DNA of 61,670 nucleotides, filler included, from an uncultured Methanosarcinales archaeon (GCA_964587045.1; 3 parts of 3 records of this genome joined end to end with filler, not necessarily neighbours in it), one strand, 5' to 3'. Positions 9,943 through 19,884 are shown, counted from the whole stretch's first letter. Made by a program: numbers and translations. The notes: a model not told the origin generated them from the letters alone.

Positions 9943-9958
9943 GTGCCAATTCTGTCAG
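9943..9958. promoter_or_regulatory. candidate operator (reverse complement CTGACAGAATTGGCAC; site 2 of 3)
   Basis: Same CTGAC-N5-TG.C.C layout as sites 1 and 3; just upstream of the TATA box of the HExxH gene. Confidence 0.35.
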
Positions 9959-10779
9959 GAGTCAAAGACGAACTTATGACCCATCATGTAGGATGTGATG
10001 TCGAACGGCTGCTCAGGCTCAGGCGCGGGTGCCATCTCTGGGACCGGTTCTGGGTCGGGCTTGCTTGAAATAGCCCTCCTCACTGTCCTCTCATTCACCC
10101 CCAACGTCTCGGCAGCCTCGGGGATGCCGCCCTCCTGCTCGATTACGGCCTGGACATACTCAGCTCTGAAAGTTGACATAGCATCCTTGAAGGAGAAGTT
10201 GTTCTCCTGGATCATGCTCGAGCTGATATCGCCCATCAGCTGGTAGATTGGGTGCACATCGATCTTCTCAGTTAGCGTGTCTGCAATCGACGGCACTGAG
10301 GTCTTGAGGCTCTCATAGGCAATGGGGGGGAGGACACCCTCATAGCTGGTGATGGTGGTCTCCAGGACGCTTTGGACAGTGTCCTTGAGGGCTCCCCCTC
10401 CCTTATGCTTGTAGAGATCTAAGACCGACTGTGTGAGATTGAGCGGATCGAGCGTTCCTTTCATCAGTTCAGGCTGGTAGTATTCCTTCTCAGGATTGAA
10501 TCTCGCGACCAGGTCTTTGCCGTAGTCAGAAAGGTGCCTTTCTACAGTCCTCCTGCCTAGGCCCGAGATCTTGGCTATCTTGGATATGTTTCCTAGGTTG
10601 CGCTTGTACCCGGAGATCAGCATGCTCGAGTAGTAGAAGTTCTTGAACTCCTCCTCTGCCCGCTTTAAAGGCAGGTAGCTCAGCTTGCCCACTATGTCGT
10701 CGGCCAGCCGCGGCGACTCGTAGTCCCTGAAAGCCTCAGCTACCGCGTCCGATATCCGTTCCTGTGACAATCTGTACAT
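9955..10779 (-). CDS. tandem Fis-type (HTH_8-like) DNA-binding protein, paralog A
   Basis: Two units: LKRAEEEFK...GNISKIAKISGLGRRTVERHL and FKDAMSTFRAEYV...GGIPEAAETLGVNERTVRRAI; probable start MYRLSQ at 10779. Confidence 0.7.
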   Translation of the reverse strand: MYRLSQERISDAVAEAFRDYESPRLADDIVGKLSYLPLKRAEEEFKNFYYSSMLISGYKRNLGNISKIAKISGLGRRTVERHLSDYGKDLVARFNPEKEYYQPELMKGTLDPLNLTQSVLDLYKHKGGGALKDTVQSVLETTITSYEGVLPPIAYESLKTSVPSIADTLTEKIDVHPIYQLMGDISSSMIQENNFSFKDAMSTFRAEYVQAVIEQEGGIPEAAETLGVNERTVRRAISSKPDPEPVPEMAPAPEPEQPFDITSYMMGHKFVFDS

Positions 10780-10839
10780 GATGATATCAAGGTGGATTAC
10801 AGTATATAAAAGCACTTCTCGCCTGCCAAATAACGAACT

Positions 10840-10855
10840 GGGACAAAAAAGTCAG
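10840..10855. promoter_or_regulatory. candidate operator GGGACAAAAAAGTCAG between divergent promoters (site 3 of 3)
   Basis: Lies between TATA-like elements at 10803-10811 (minus) and 10861-10868 (plus). Confidence 0.5.
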
Positions 10856-10891
10856 AAAAATATAAAAACGCACTTGATTTAAGGCCTTGAC

Positions 10892-11293
10892 ATGGATGAA
10901 ATAAACGTCTCTGAATGCATGACGCGTAACCTGGTGAAGATCAACCAGGAAAGGTCTGTGTATGAGGCCGCAGAGGTCATGGAGCGCAACCCAGAGATCA
11001 GCTCAATACTGGTTGTCGACGACAACGAGAACCTGGTGGGAATTGTGACCGAACGCGACATGATGCGCCGCCTGGTGCTCAAGAAGCGCGACCCGGAAAG
11101 CACGAAAATCAAGGACATCATGACCAGGAACGTCATCACCATGGACATCAGCGCGACGGATGTAGAGGTCAGCAGGAAGCTAGTCGAGAACAACATAAAG
11201 AAGATGCCAATCACCGAGAACGGGGGTGTCGTCGGTATGGTCACAACTACCGACCTGACCAGGGTGATGGCTAAGAAATGGCTTTCCGGCTGA
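10892..11293 (+). CDS. stand-alone CBS-pair protein
   Basis: V.ECMTRN, LVGIVTERD, IKDIMTRNVIT, VVGMVTTTDL. Confidence 0.9.
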   Translation: MDEINVSECMTRNLVKINQERSVYEAAEVMERNPEISSILVVDDNENLVGIVTERDMMRRLVLKKRDPESTKIKDIMTRNVITMDISATDVEVSRKLVENNIKKMPITENGGVVGMVTTTDLTRVMAKKWLSG

Positions 11294-11297
11294 GAAG

Positions 11298-11564
11298 ATG
11301 GACTCCCAGACCGAGCATGTAATCGAGATACTGACCGACCACTTCGGGGAGCACGGTCCCTTCCTTCTAATCATGGAACTTGAGAAGTTCCACACCAAGT
11401 GCGTGTCCAACCTTTCCGCAGAGCAGAAGGAGCGCTTGATTAGGGATCTGATCGACAACGTCTTCGGCCGTGCGCTTTCTCCGCGCAGGCTGGCGATGAT
11501 AGAGAACGCGCTGAAGTCCGCGACCGGAATTCTGGGCAAGCAGGATGCGAACAGGTTCTACTGA
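11298..11564 (+). CDS. small hypothetical protein co-transcribed with the CBS protein
   Basis: 88-aa helical ORF starting 4 nt after the CBS stop. Confidence 0.65.
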   Translation: MDSQTEHVIEILTDHFGEHGPFLLIMELEKFHTKCVSNLSAEQKERLIRDLIDNVFGRALSPRRLAMIENALKSATGILGKQDANRFY

Positions 11565-12187
11565 GTGAGCCCCAACTTCTTGGCCTTGCGAAGCAGCGTC
11601 TCGTACCTCAGCCCAACCTTCTGCGCAGCAAGCTGCAGGTCGTAGTTGGTGGATATGAGCGCCTTCTCCAGGTATAACCTGTCGAACTCCTCCTCGGCAT
11701 CCTTCATGGTCATGTTGCCTGGCGGAAGCTCACTCAGGAGGTCTTTTGAAAGGGCTGCCGCGTTTTCGTAGAACATTTCCAGCTTCTTTGGGTGGAGCAC
11801 CTCTGAGTAACCTTTGAGGATGTCGCCGATCATGTCCTTGACCCATGTCTCCTTGACGTACTGGGGCTTGAGCATATCTGATCTGATCTTGTCCACGTCG
11901 ATCTCAGCCTCCTGGATGATTCTGTGCAGGCTCCTCCGGTCCATCCCCACCAGCTCTGCGACCCTGCTGACGTTGCCGTAGTTCTGGTTGAGCATCCTTG
12001 CCAGATACTCCTGCCTGAACCTGCGCTTGGCCTCCTTATAGGGCATGTTGTGCTCGACCCGGATTCCGAGCAGAGGTCCCTTGACCAGGCGTTTGGAGAT
12101 GTCCTCATTGAGCTCCTTGATGGTGATCCCAAGCACCCTGCGAAGGGACTCGGAAACCGAAGGGTTTATATCCATGGAACTTGGCAA
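11558..12187 (-). CDS. tandem Fis-type (HTH_8-like) DNA-binding protein, paralog B
   Basis: YKEAKRRFRQEYLARMLNQNYGNVSRVAELVGMDRRSLHRII and MKDAEEEFDRLYLEKAL...AAQKVGLRYETLLRKAKKLGL. Confidence 0.8.
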   Translation of the reverse strand: MPSSMDINPSVSESLRRVLGITIKELNEDISKRLVKGPLLGIRVEHNMPYKEAKRRFRQEYLARMLNQNYGNVSRVAELVGMDRRSLHRIIQEAEIDVDKIRSDMLKPQYVKETWVKDMIGDILKGYSEVLHPKKLEMFYENAAALSKDLLSELPPGNMTMKDAEEEFDRLYLEKALISTNYDLQLAAQKVGLRYETLLRKAKKLGLTQ

Positions 12188-12274
12188 CCCGTCCGTTCTT
12201 TTATTCTTTTTGATAATGGTGTACCCATTGAGGAGAGGTTACTAAATTAATTAAATCAAGAAGACACATTCAGC

Positions 12275-13075
12275 TTGATGGATTTTGATATCCGGCAGAG
12301 GGGGAGCGCGAATACCGACAAGTACAAGAAAGACGAGTTGGATATCGCGTACGATTACTCTAAGCAGGTTTACACCGAAGCCAAGAGCTTCATCAAGGCC
12401 ATAGTGCTCTTCGGCAGCGCTGCCCGAAATGACAAGAACCAAGACGATGTGGACATCCTGGTCATCCTCGACGATGTTAGAATAATCCTAACGGACGGCC
12501 TCGTCCAGACCTTCAACATCATCAACAACAAAATTGTGGAGAAGGTCTCTCCGCGCCTCCACATCACCATGATGAAACTCACCGCCTTTTGGGAATACGT
12601 CCGTGCCGGGGACCCGATAGCGGTAAACATACTCCGCGACGGCGTTCCCCTGGTCGACACAGGGTTCTTCGAGCCGGTGCAGCTGCTTCTGCTACAGGGC
12701 AGGATAAGGCCCAGCAACGAGGCCATCTTCAACTACTTCGAGATGGCTCCAAGGACGCTGGCTAATTCGAGGAAGCACCTCCTCAACGCCACAGTCGACC
12801 TGTACTGGGCAGTGATAGACTCAGCCCACGCTGCGCTGATGCGCTTCGGATCAGTACCCCCTTCACCTTCACACGTCGCTGACATCATGCAAGAGAAGCT
12901 TGTGCTCTCTGGGAAGATCGATGCCAAGTACGCAAGGACCATGCGCAATTTCTACAAGCTGGCCAAGATGATAGCCCACAACGAGTTGAGAGACATGACC
13001 GGGGAGCATTACGAGGAGTACTACCGCGAGGCCAATGATTTCGTCGAGACGATGAAGAAGCTTGTGAAGGGCTAG
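12275..13075 (+). CDS. minimal nucleotidyltransferase (MNT) fused to a HEPN-like domain
   Basis: LFGSAAR...DDVDILVILDD Pol-beta NTase motif; C-terminal LYWAVIDSAHAAL...H helical domain. Confidence 0.75.
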   Translation: MMDFDIRQRGSANTDKYKKDELDIAYDYSKQVYTEAKSFIKAIVLFGSAARNDKNQDDVDILVILDDVRIILTDGLVQTFNIINNKIVEKVSPRLHITMMKLTAFWEYVRAGDPIAVNILRDGVPLVDTGFFEPVQLLLLQGRIRPSNEAIFNYFEMAPRTLANSRKHLLNATVDLYWAVIDSAHAALMRFGSVPPSPSHVADIMQEKLVLSGKIDAKYARTMRNFYKLAKMIAHNELRDMTGEHYEEYYREANDFVETMKKLVKG

Positions 13076-14340
13076 AGCGACTCGTAGAATATCCCCAAAC
13101 TCTCGGCTTCCTTTTTGGAAAAGAAGTTTCTGATGTCGAATATGTAGGGCTTGTCGTTCATCATGCCCTTCAGCCTCTCAAGGGACAGGTCCTTGAATGC
13201 AGAATGCGCAGTCGCGAGCACCACGATGTCGAAGTGCATCTTCCCTTCAAGGTCGTACTTCTCTGCCTTGAACTGGGCGAACTGCTCGGGCGTTAGCATC
13301 GGGTCGTAGGCGTAGACTGCCAGGCCCTTCTCCTTGAGCCTTCGGATGATCTCTTTGACCTTCGAGTTCCTCGTGTCTGTTATGTTCTCCTTGAACGTCA
13401 AGCCGAGAATGAGCGCGGAGCAGCGCTTGGGCACCTTTTCCAGGTCGTTGAGCCTGTTGACGATTCGCTCTGTCACATAGAGGGCCATCGAATCATTCAC
13501 GAGGCGTGCGGCAAGGATTAGGTTTGGTATGTGACCAAGCTCCCTTGACTTGTAAGTGAGGTAGTAGGGGTCGACCCCTATGCAGTGCCCGCCCACGAGT
13601 CCCGGAGTGTAACGGTGGAAGTTCCACTTGGTGCCTGCGGCCTCGAGTACGTCCTTGGTCTGTATGCCCATCCGAGAGAAGATCATCGATAGCTCGTTCA
13701 TCAGGGCGATGTTCAGGTCGCGCTGGGTGTTCTCGATGACTTTCGCAGCCTCCGCGGTCTTTATCGTAGGCGCAACATGAATGCCTGCAGGGACGATTCT
13801 CTTGTACACGCCTGCGATTCTCTGGGCGGTCGCCGCGTCGGAGCCTGAGACAATCTTAACCACGGTCCCGATGGTGTGCTCCCTGTCTCCAGGATTGATC
13901 CTTTCTGGGCTGTACCCCATGGTGAAATCGCCCAGCCTCATCCCGGACTCCTTTTCGAGTATGGGCAGGCACACCTCTTCGGTCACTCCGGGGTAGACCG
14001 TGCTCTCGTACACTACTATCGCGCCTCTCTTCAGGTTTCTGCCGACTGTCTCTGACGCCGAAACGAGTGGAGTCAGATCAGGAATATGGTTTGGGTCAAC
14101 GGGTGTCGGGACCGCCACTATTATGACATCTGCCTTGCTGATCTTGGCAGGGTCAGTGGTGAAGTCTACGTTGGCCTCCCTCAGGCTCTTGCCAGAAACC
14201 TCACCTGTTGAGTCGTGTCCGCCCCTTAGCTCGTCGATCCTTTGGGATTTTATGTCGAATCCTATGACGTGCTCGAGCCTGCCGAAGGCGACGGCTAGAG
14301 GCAGACCGACGTACCCCAATCCCACAACGCATATGACCAT
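13072..14340 (-). CDS. UDP-glucose/GDP-mannose dehydrogenase family nucleotide-sugar dehydrogenase (UDP-HexNAc type)
   Basis: GLGYVG, VPTP, ESTVYPG, SPERINPG, KVIEN, GGHCIGVDP. Confidence 0.92.
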   Translation of the reverse strand: MVICVVGLGYVGLPLAVAFGRLEHVIGFDIKSQRIDELRGGHDSTGEVSGKSLREANVDFTTDPAKISKADVIIVAVPTPVDPNHIPDLTPLVSASETVGRNLKRGAIVVYESTVYPGVTEEVCLPILEKESGMRLGDFTMGYSPERINPGDREHTIGTVVKIVSGSDAATAQRIAGVYKRIVPAGIHVAPTIKTAEAAKVIENTQRDLNIALMNELSMIFSRMGIQTKDVLEAAGTKWNFHRYTPGLVGGHCIGVDPYYLTYKSRELGHIPNLILAARLVNDSMALYVTERIVNRLNDLEKVPKRCSALILGLTFKENITDTRNSKVKEIIRRLKEKGLAVYAYDPMLTPEQFAQFKAEKYDLEGKMHFDIVVLATAHSAFKDLSLERLKGMMNDKPYIFDIRNFFSKKEAESLGIFYESL

Positions 14341-14426
14341 GAGAGCTGTTGCAGCCTCACTCCTTATTAAAATTTGTTAATCCCGGTTCGCTCATTTTAA
14401 ATAAGAACGCATCCACCCCACCCAGC

Positions 14427-14999
14427 ATGGAATTCGACCAGCGCAAGAAGGCCGCTCTTAGGAAGATGGCTGGCGACGACCGTTCCAAGAAGGGGTCGGT
14501 TGACGCGGAGATAAAGGACCTGGTTGAAGCCATAAACTCCCACAATGATTTCTACACAACGAGCAGCTGCGCTGGCAGGGTCGTGCTGCTGGGAGTCGCT
14601 CCATCGAAGAAAAAAAATGAGGCTCAATGGCTGTACATCACCCACGGCAAGCCATCAGCTGCTGCTATGTGGAGTCGGCTCTCAGACCTCGAAGATGGAA
14701 ACGTATGGCTCAAGCAGGAATCTCCCATACTCCACATAAGCGCCCGCAACCTGGACGCGGCGCAGAGGATGATGGGTTGGGCCAGGGAGTCGGGCCTCAA
14801 ACATTCAGGCATAATGTCTATAAAGCCCAGGATAATGCTTGAAATAATGTCTTCTGAGAGGGTGGAGATTCCAGTCTTCCAGGACAGGCTTCTGGTCTCC
14901 AAGAAGTTCTTCTTCCAAGCCGTAGGGATATGCTCAACAAAGCTGGGGATGTCTAGGGACAGGACTAATCTGCTTCTGAAAATAATAGGAAAAAAATAA
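14427..14999 (+). CDS. taw3: tRNA wybutosine/wyosine methyltransferase Taw3 (TYW3)
   Basis: DRSKKGSVD, YTTSSCAGR, PILHI, GLKHSGI; ATG at 14427. Confidence 0.88.
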   Translation: MEFDQRKKAALRKMAGDDRSKKGSVDAEIKDLVEAINSHNDFYTTSSCAGRVVLLGVAPSKKKNEAQWLYITHGKPSAAAMWSRLSDLEDGNVWLKQESPILHISARNLDAAQRMMGWARESGLKHSGIMSIKPRIMLEIMSSERVEIPVFQDRLLVSKKFFFQAVGICSTKLGMSRDRTNLLLKIIGKK

Positions 15000-15001
15000 A
15001 A

Positions 15002-16999
15002 TCAGCGCTTAGAGAGCTTGGAAAACAGCACCATGACGGCGGCAAGCAGGATTACCACCAGGATGATGAGCAGCCCGATGTACAGCCCCGTGTCTGTGAA
15101 GCCTGTGGATTTACTCTCAGCGACAGGTTTAGCGACAGTCAGGTCCTCTTCGTCAGTTGGAGGCACTATGATTATCGTCTCTCCACCCGTTTCCCCTTCC
15201 TCAGGCGTGGTGGGCTCCGTGGGCTCGGTGACTGGGCAGTCCTCGACATTGAGTATCAGCTCCGCATCGAAGGACTCTTGGCCCTCATCGTACTCGACCA
15301 CGAGCCTGATTGGGTAGGCGCCCTTCTTTTGGTCGTCATCAACAACGATGGGCAGGGTCTTTGAAAACGAGTTGTCGTCGTCATCGTAGTCCTCGGAAAG
15401 ATCAAAGGTCGTGAAGTAGTTGAGTCCCAAGGCTGAGTTGCTCACCTGGAGCCTGATGTCCTCCTCCTGGTCGCGTCCGATGTTCCTGATCTCGAACCTG
15501 AGATTGGTCCTCCTCTCGCACTTCACGGTGGTCGTGTCGAGCTCGAACCTCTCGAGAAGCAACTCGTGCCTCTCCCTAACGATGTCGAGATTGAGCGAGT
15601 CATCAGTGTCATAATACCTTATCTTTGAGTCGTCGGCGTTCTTTCCGCTTACCTCGACCATGACTGTGATGTCGTCGCCGTGCTGCGCAGCGTAAGGGGT
15701 CGTGAACTCGAAGTGGATGGTATCGTCCTCTCCAGCGTCGAGGTCGAACTCGTCTGACGTGTCCTCGATGTCCTCCTCGTCGTCGTCCTCCCACCTTCGG
15801 CTTCCCACAAGGAAGTAGATGTCGACCTCGATGTCCTGTATGTCGATATCATCAGCCATGTTTTCGATGTCCACAGATATCCTGAAGTCCTCACCCGGCT
15901 TGAGCTCTTCGTCGTCCCCTGGAGAGTTTATGTCCACATCAGTGATTTTCAGGACGCTCTCAATGATTATACGCAGCTGGAACGTGGTTTCAGCGGTCCC
16001 GTCATTCAGCCTGACGAGCGTGTCATAGGTTCCGGTGTCCATCTCGTCAGGGATGTCTGCCTGAACCTGGATGGTTTGGTAGTCGCCGGCTTCCAGGTCG
16101 ATGTTGCTGTCAGGATTGAAGGTAAGAGTGATGATCTCGCCGTCGTTGTCCTGCAGAATCGTGTCAGCTGCAACTTCGATGTTGTTGACCGCTATATTAC
16201 CAATATTCCGGAGTATGAACGAGACACTCCGCGTCACTCCAGGCTGCGTGTTGATGGTCAGTGGGACGGTGTTGCTGTAGGTGTCAACATCGATGGCCTG
16301 GGTTGAGGTAACCGTGAGCGACACTGGGACGAATACCTTCTTTGCGTCACCGTCATAGCTGACCTCAAGGTTGCCCGTATAGGTCAGGGGGGCCTGGTCG
16401 CTTGGGATGTCAACCTGGAATTCGACTGTTGTGTCGTCCAGGAAAATAGCCGTGCCGCTAGATTCTTCGATGTTCAAGGTCTCTAGCCCGCTGGTCAGTT
16501 CGCCGCTTATAGTGAACTCGACATCAGCATTGCGCCCGTTCGTAAGCACGAAGGTGTCAGTTGCGGTCACACCCGAAGCTGACGTGCTGGTCACGACACC
16601 CCCAGAGTAGGACAGCTCTCCTCCGTTGTCCAGGACCTCTACGTTGAGGTTGAAGGAGTCGAAGTTGTTGCCTTCATCGATGGCGCTTATCGTACCAGAG
16701 TAGGTACCGACTTTGACATCTGACGGGATGCTCACGGTAAAGCCCACCTCCTGATCGTCTAACGGACTCACGTCGAAGTTATTAGGGATGTAGGCTATGC
16801 TGAAAGTGTGGGTGTCCGAGATGTCGACATTGGTAAGCGTCTCCGTCGCGTCTGTGTTGTTGACGACGAAGGTTCCTCCGACATCATCGCCGTTGGTCCC
16901 GCTTAGTGATGTGTCTGCATCGACAATCTCCAGGTCGGCTGCAGCGCCGACCGCGAGCACCAGCATCAGCAGGATTCCTGCAAATAAGAGCTTCCTCAT
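15002..16999 (-). CDS. acidic cell-surface protein with serial Ig-like (CARDB/NEW3-like) domains, putative S-layer component
   Basis: Signal peptide, repeated beta-rich units (V.IP.D...GTY.G), P/T/E linker, C-terminal TM helix with basic tail. Confidence 0.75.
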   Translation of the reverse strand: MRKLLFAGILLMLVLAVGAAADLEIVDADTSLSGTNGDDVGGTFVVNNTDATETLTNVDISDTHTFSIAYIPNNFDVSPLDDQEVGFTVSIPSDVKVGTYSGTISAIDEGNNFDSFNLNVEVLDNGGELSYSGGVVTSTSASGVTATDTFVLTNGRNADVEFTISGELTSGLETLNIEESSGTAIFLDDTTVEFQVDIPSDQAPLTYTGNLEVSYDGDAKKVFVPVSLTVTSTQAIDVDTYSNTVPLTINTQPGVTRSVSFILRNIGNIAVNNIEVAADTILQDNDGEIITLTFNPDSNIDLEAGDYQTIQVQADIPDEMDTGTYDTLVRLNDGTAETTFQLRIIIESVLKITDVDINSPGDDEELKPGEDFRISVDIENMADDIDIQDIEVDIYFLVGSRRWEDDDEEDIEDTSDEFDLDAGEDDTIHFEFTTPYAAQHGDDITVMVEVSGKNADDSKIRYYDTDDSLNLDIVRERHELLLERFELDTTTVKCERRTNLRFEIRNIGRDQEEDIRLQVSNSALGLNYFTTFDLSEDYDDDDNSFSKTLPIVVDDDQKKGAYPIRLVVEYDEGQESFDAELILNVEDCPVTEPTEPTTPEEGETGGETIIIVPPTDEEDLTVAKPVAESKSTGFTDTGLYIGLLIILVVILLAAVMVLFSKLSKR

Positions 17000-17058
17000 G
17001 GATATTACCCCCTTATCTACTATTGGATAGTTACGTTTTTGAAGATGGGCTTTCTCTA

Positions 17059-18030
17059 TTATTTAAATGTTTTGGTGGTTTCAACTCCATAGAAAGACTT
17101 TACCAGCCTCTTTATCGCAGCCACATCACCAGCTCCGTTGATTTTCAGTCTCAGGGAGGTGGAGTCAGGCAGGCCTTTGGTGAAGTAATGCGCCTGGAAC
17201 TTGATGGTCTGATACCTGGCTATCCCGAGCCTCTCGGCGAGGCTGATGTATTCTAGCAGGCCGCCGATGTTGCGTTTCGCCCTCTGCTCTGCTGGGAGGG
17301 GCTTTCTCCTCCCTTTGATGTCAGAGAACACCCAATGGTTGCCAATCGCCGCCCGCCCGACCATGACTGCGTCGCATCCAGTCTCTCGCAGCATCGCATC
17401 GAAGCTCTCCCTGTCCCTGACGTCCCCGTTTCCGATGACCGGTATGCTCACAGCTTCTTTCACAGCCTTTATTGACTCCCAGGAGGCCTTGCCAGAATAC
17501 CCCTGCTTGACGTGCCTTGCGTGGACCGCTATCGCGTCTGCGCCTGCGTCCTCTATTATCCGGGAAATCTTGACTGCGCCCTTGATGTCGATTCGGGCGA
17601 ACCCGGCCCTGATCTTAGCAGTGACAGGTTTTTCAGTGGACTTCCTTATGGCTCTTATGATCTCTCCAACTTTAGAAGGCCTCCTCAGCAGGGCCCCGCC
17701 GGAGCCCTGCCTCAGAACCGCTGCGTCAGGACAGCCCAGGTTGAAGTCGACGATGTCAGCATCGCGCGCAAGGATGCTTGTGGCCTGGGCGATGACATCA
17801 GTCCTGCTTCCGAAGAGCTGCAGGGCCACCGGGCGCTCCTCGTCGCTGACTTGCGCGAGTTGTTCTGTTGCCTTGTTCCTCCTCACGAGAGCGTTGCAGT
17901 TGATGAGCGGGGAGTAGACCAGGTCGGCACCCTGCCTCCTGCAAAGTATCCTGAATGCCGCATCGGTGACCTGGGCCATGGGAGCCAAGACCAGCCTGCC
18001 GCCGATTTTTATTTTGCCTATCCTGAGCAT
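17059..18030 (-). CDS. dus: tRNA-dihydrouridine synthase (Dus/NifR3 family)
   Basis: LAPMAQVTD, DFNLGCP, PVTAKIRAG, VHAR, VIGNGDV, VMVGRAAIGN. Confidence 0.92.
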   Translation of the reverse strand: MLRIGKIKIGGRLVLAPMAQVTDAAFRILCRRQGADLVYSPLINCNALVRRNKATEQLAQVSDEERPVALQLFGSRTDVIAQATSILARDADIVDFNLGCPDAAVLRQGSGGALLRRPSKVGEIIRAIRKSTEKPVTAKIRAGFARIDIKGAVKISRIIEDAGADAIAVHARHVKQGYSGKASWESIKAVKEAVSIPVIGNGDVRDRESFDAMLRETGCDAVMVGRAAIGNHWVFSDIKGRRKPLPAEQRAKRNIGGLLEYISLAERLGIARYQTIKFQAHYFTKGLPDSTSLRLKINGAGDVAAIKRLVKSFYGVETTKTFK

Positions 18031-18067
18031 AGAAAAAAGGGTAAAAAAAGAATGAATAAAAGGGTTT

Positions 18068-18259
18068 CTAAATCATCTCGCCTATCTCGACCTCGTCGTC
18101 AGGCTCGATGAACTGGTCCTGGACCTCCTGGAACACTGGAGTCGAGTCCTCAAGCTGGTTGGGCTGATCTTCGCTTGTTTGGGTGGTGGTGCTTTGGCCG
18201 CAACCGGCTATTAGACTGAGAGCCAGGATGGCCATTATGAGTATTGCCGCGTACCTCAT
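18068..18259 (-). CDS. small lipoprotein
   Basis: Signal peptide with lipobox LIAGC; ATGA overlap with the upstream gene. Confidence 0.7.
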   Translation of the reverse strand: MRYAAILIMAILALSLIAGCGQSTTTQTSEDQPNQLEDSTPVFQEVQDQFIEPDDEVEIGEMI

Positions 18260-19884
18260 CTTTTACCACCCTTGTTTGTCTTGGACTGGTCCAGGCGCTC
18301 TTTGAGGGCCTCACGGCGCTCCTCGCGCTGCTCCTTGGCAAGCTCCTGCATCTGCTTTAGGCGATCCCTCATGGCCTGGTTTTGGCTCTTGATGAGTTCA
18401 AGCCTGGTTTTGGCTGCTTCCTTCTGGGCTTCCAGCCTGGCCGTCTGGGCCTCTTTTTGGGCTTGTAGCCTCGCCTTCTGCGCCTCCTGTTTGGCCTCAA
18501 GCTCCGTTTTCCGCTCCTCTCTCCTGATTTCCAAGCGTTCCTTGATCTGCTCCCTTACGCTCTGGATGGTTGCAAGCGCATGGACTGAGCGTTCGGCCCT
18601 GTGCTCGTTTTCCTTCTGCCTGAACTGGCTTTGCTGCTGAAGGCTCAAGCCGTCGTACTCTATCTCGAGCTCATCAAGCACCTCTTTGACTGTCATTTCG
18701 CCATTGAGCACCTTGTCCACCCAGTCGTCACCCTCAATCCCGAGGTCGTCAAGTATCTCCTGCAGGCGATCTGCGTTGTAGGTGCGTATCCTCTCCTGAA
18801 CCTGCTCCTGGAACTGCTCGACGCTCTGCTTCACGGCATCATTGACTCTCCTCTTCAGCTGGTCCCGGAATCCTGGGGCGACCAGGCTCCAAACTTCCTT
18901 CCTGAACTGCTGCGATAGGGTCACGGCCTCCTTTTTAATGTAGACGAACTGCTGGGCCAGCTCGCTACTGGTCATGTTCGTCTCGTCCGAGCCGTCGATT
19001 AAGTCCTGCAGTTCCTCTTGTAGCAGCTCCATCTCGAGTAGGATGTCCTCTAGGGAAGAGACGTCGGTGGAATTGTTGTCCAGATAATCAACTATCGCCT
19101 CTCCGATGAGTATGTTCCTTGAGATGCTCTTCTCAAGCTGCAGCAGCCTGACCTTGGCTCCGTAGGGATAGATGAAGTCGCCCACCTCGTCAGTGGTGTC
19201 GTCATCGATCTCATCTTCAGGGGCGTTGTATTCGATTCGCACGGTAAGCTCATCGCCGTCCCCGAGCAGGCTTTCAAGCTCTGCCTTCAGGTCGTCCCAT
19301 AAGTCCTGTTGGCCCTCAGTTAGGTTACCTTCGACATCCTCATAGTCGGTGGTCTCGTTTCCATCTTCTTCCAGCGTGATCTCGAGCTTGATGTCTCCGC
19401 TGCCTCCTTCGATTGATGCCACCACGTCGTCGATTAGGTCTTGTGCTTCCTCTGAGACGTTTACTGTTCCCTCATAGGAAACTTCGGCTCCCCCGTCGCT
19501 CTCGTAAGAATACTCATAATAAACAGGCTCTTGGACCTCCTCAGCCTCTAATGTTATAGTTAAGGTGTCGTTCTCTCCGATGAGCGCTGCTGATTCTTCT
19601 TTGAGGTCGTCCCAAAGCTCCTGCTGCTCTGTTGTCAGGTTGCCGACCACCTCCTCATCAGTCGTGGTGGCGTTGTCCTCCCAACCGAATTCGACTGACA
19701 ACAGAGCATATTCTGTCGTGCTGTCCAAAGAATCAACCAGCTGATCCATCAGGTCTTGGGCATCCTCTGAAATGTTTACTGTGCCGTTGACCGTCACCTC
19801 TGTTCTGTCCGCAAGTGCCGCACCGATTGATACAAGAAGTACAAGTGTCGCGAGCACTGCAAACGTGATGTTCTTCACTTTCAT
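18256..19884 (-). CDS. secreted acidic protein with a duplicated N-terminal domain and long coiled-coil C-terminus
   Basis: Signal peptide MKVKNITF...ALA (ATG at 19884 after GGAGGT); repeat GTVN(I/V)SE.AQDL...GNLT..QQ.LWDDLK twice; EAQK-rich helical tail. Confidence 0.75.
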   Translation of the reverse strand: MKVKNITFAVLATLVLLVSIGAALADRTEVTVNGTVNISEDAQDLMDQLVDSLDSTTEYALLSVEFGWEDNATTTDEEVVGNLTTEQQELWDDLKEESAALIGENDTLTITLEAEEVQEPVYYEYSYESDGGAEVSYEGTVNVSEEAQDLIDDVVASIEGGSGDIKLEITLEEDGNETTDYEDVEGNLTEGQQDLWDDLKAELESLLGDGDELTVRIEYNAPEDEIDDDTTDEVGDFIYPYGAKVRLLQLEKSISRNILIGEAIVDYLDNNSTDVSSLEDILLEMELLQEELQDLIDGSDETNMTSSELAQQFVYIKKEAVTLSQQFRKEVWSLVAPGFRDQLKRRVNDAVKQSVEQFQEQVQERIRTYNADRLQEILDDLGIEGDDWVDKVLNGEMTVKEVLDELEIEYDGLSLQQQSQFRQKENEHRAERSVHALATIQSVREQIKERLEIRREERKTELEAKQEAQKARLQAQKEAQTARLEAQKEAAKTRLELIKSQNQAMRDRLKQMQELAKEQREERREALKERLDQSKTNKGGKR

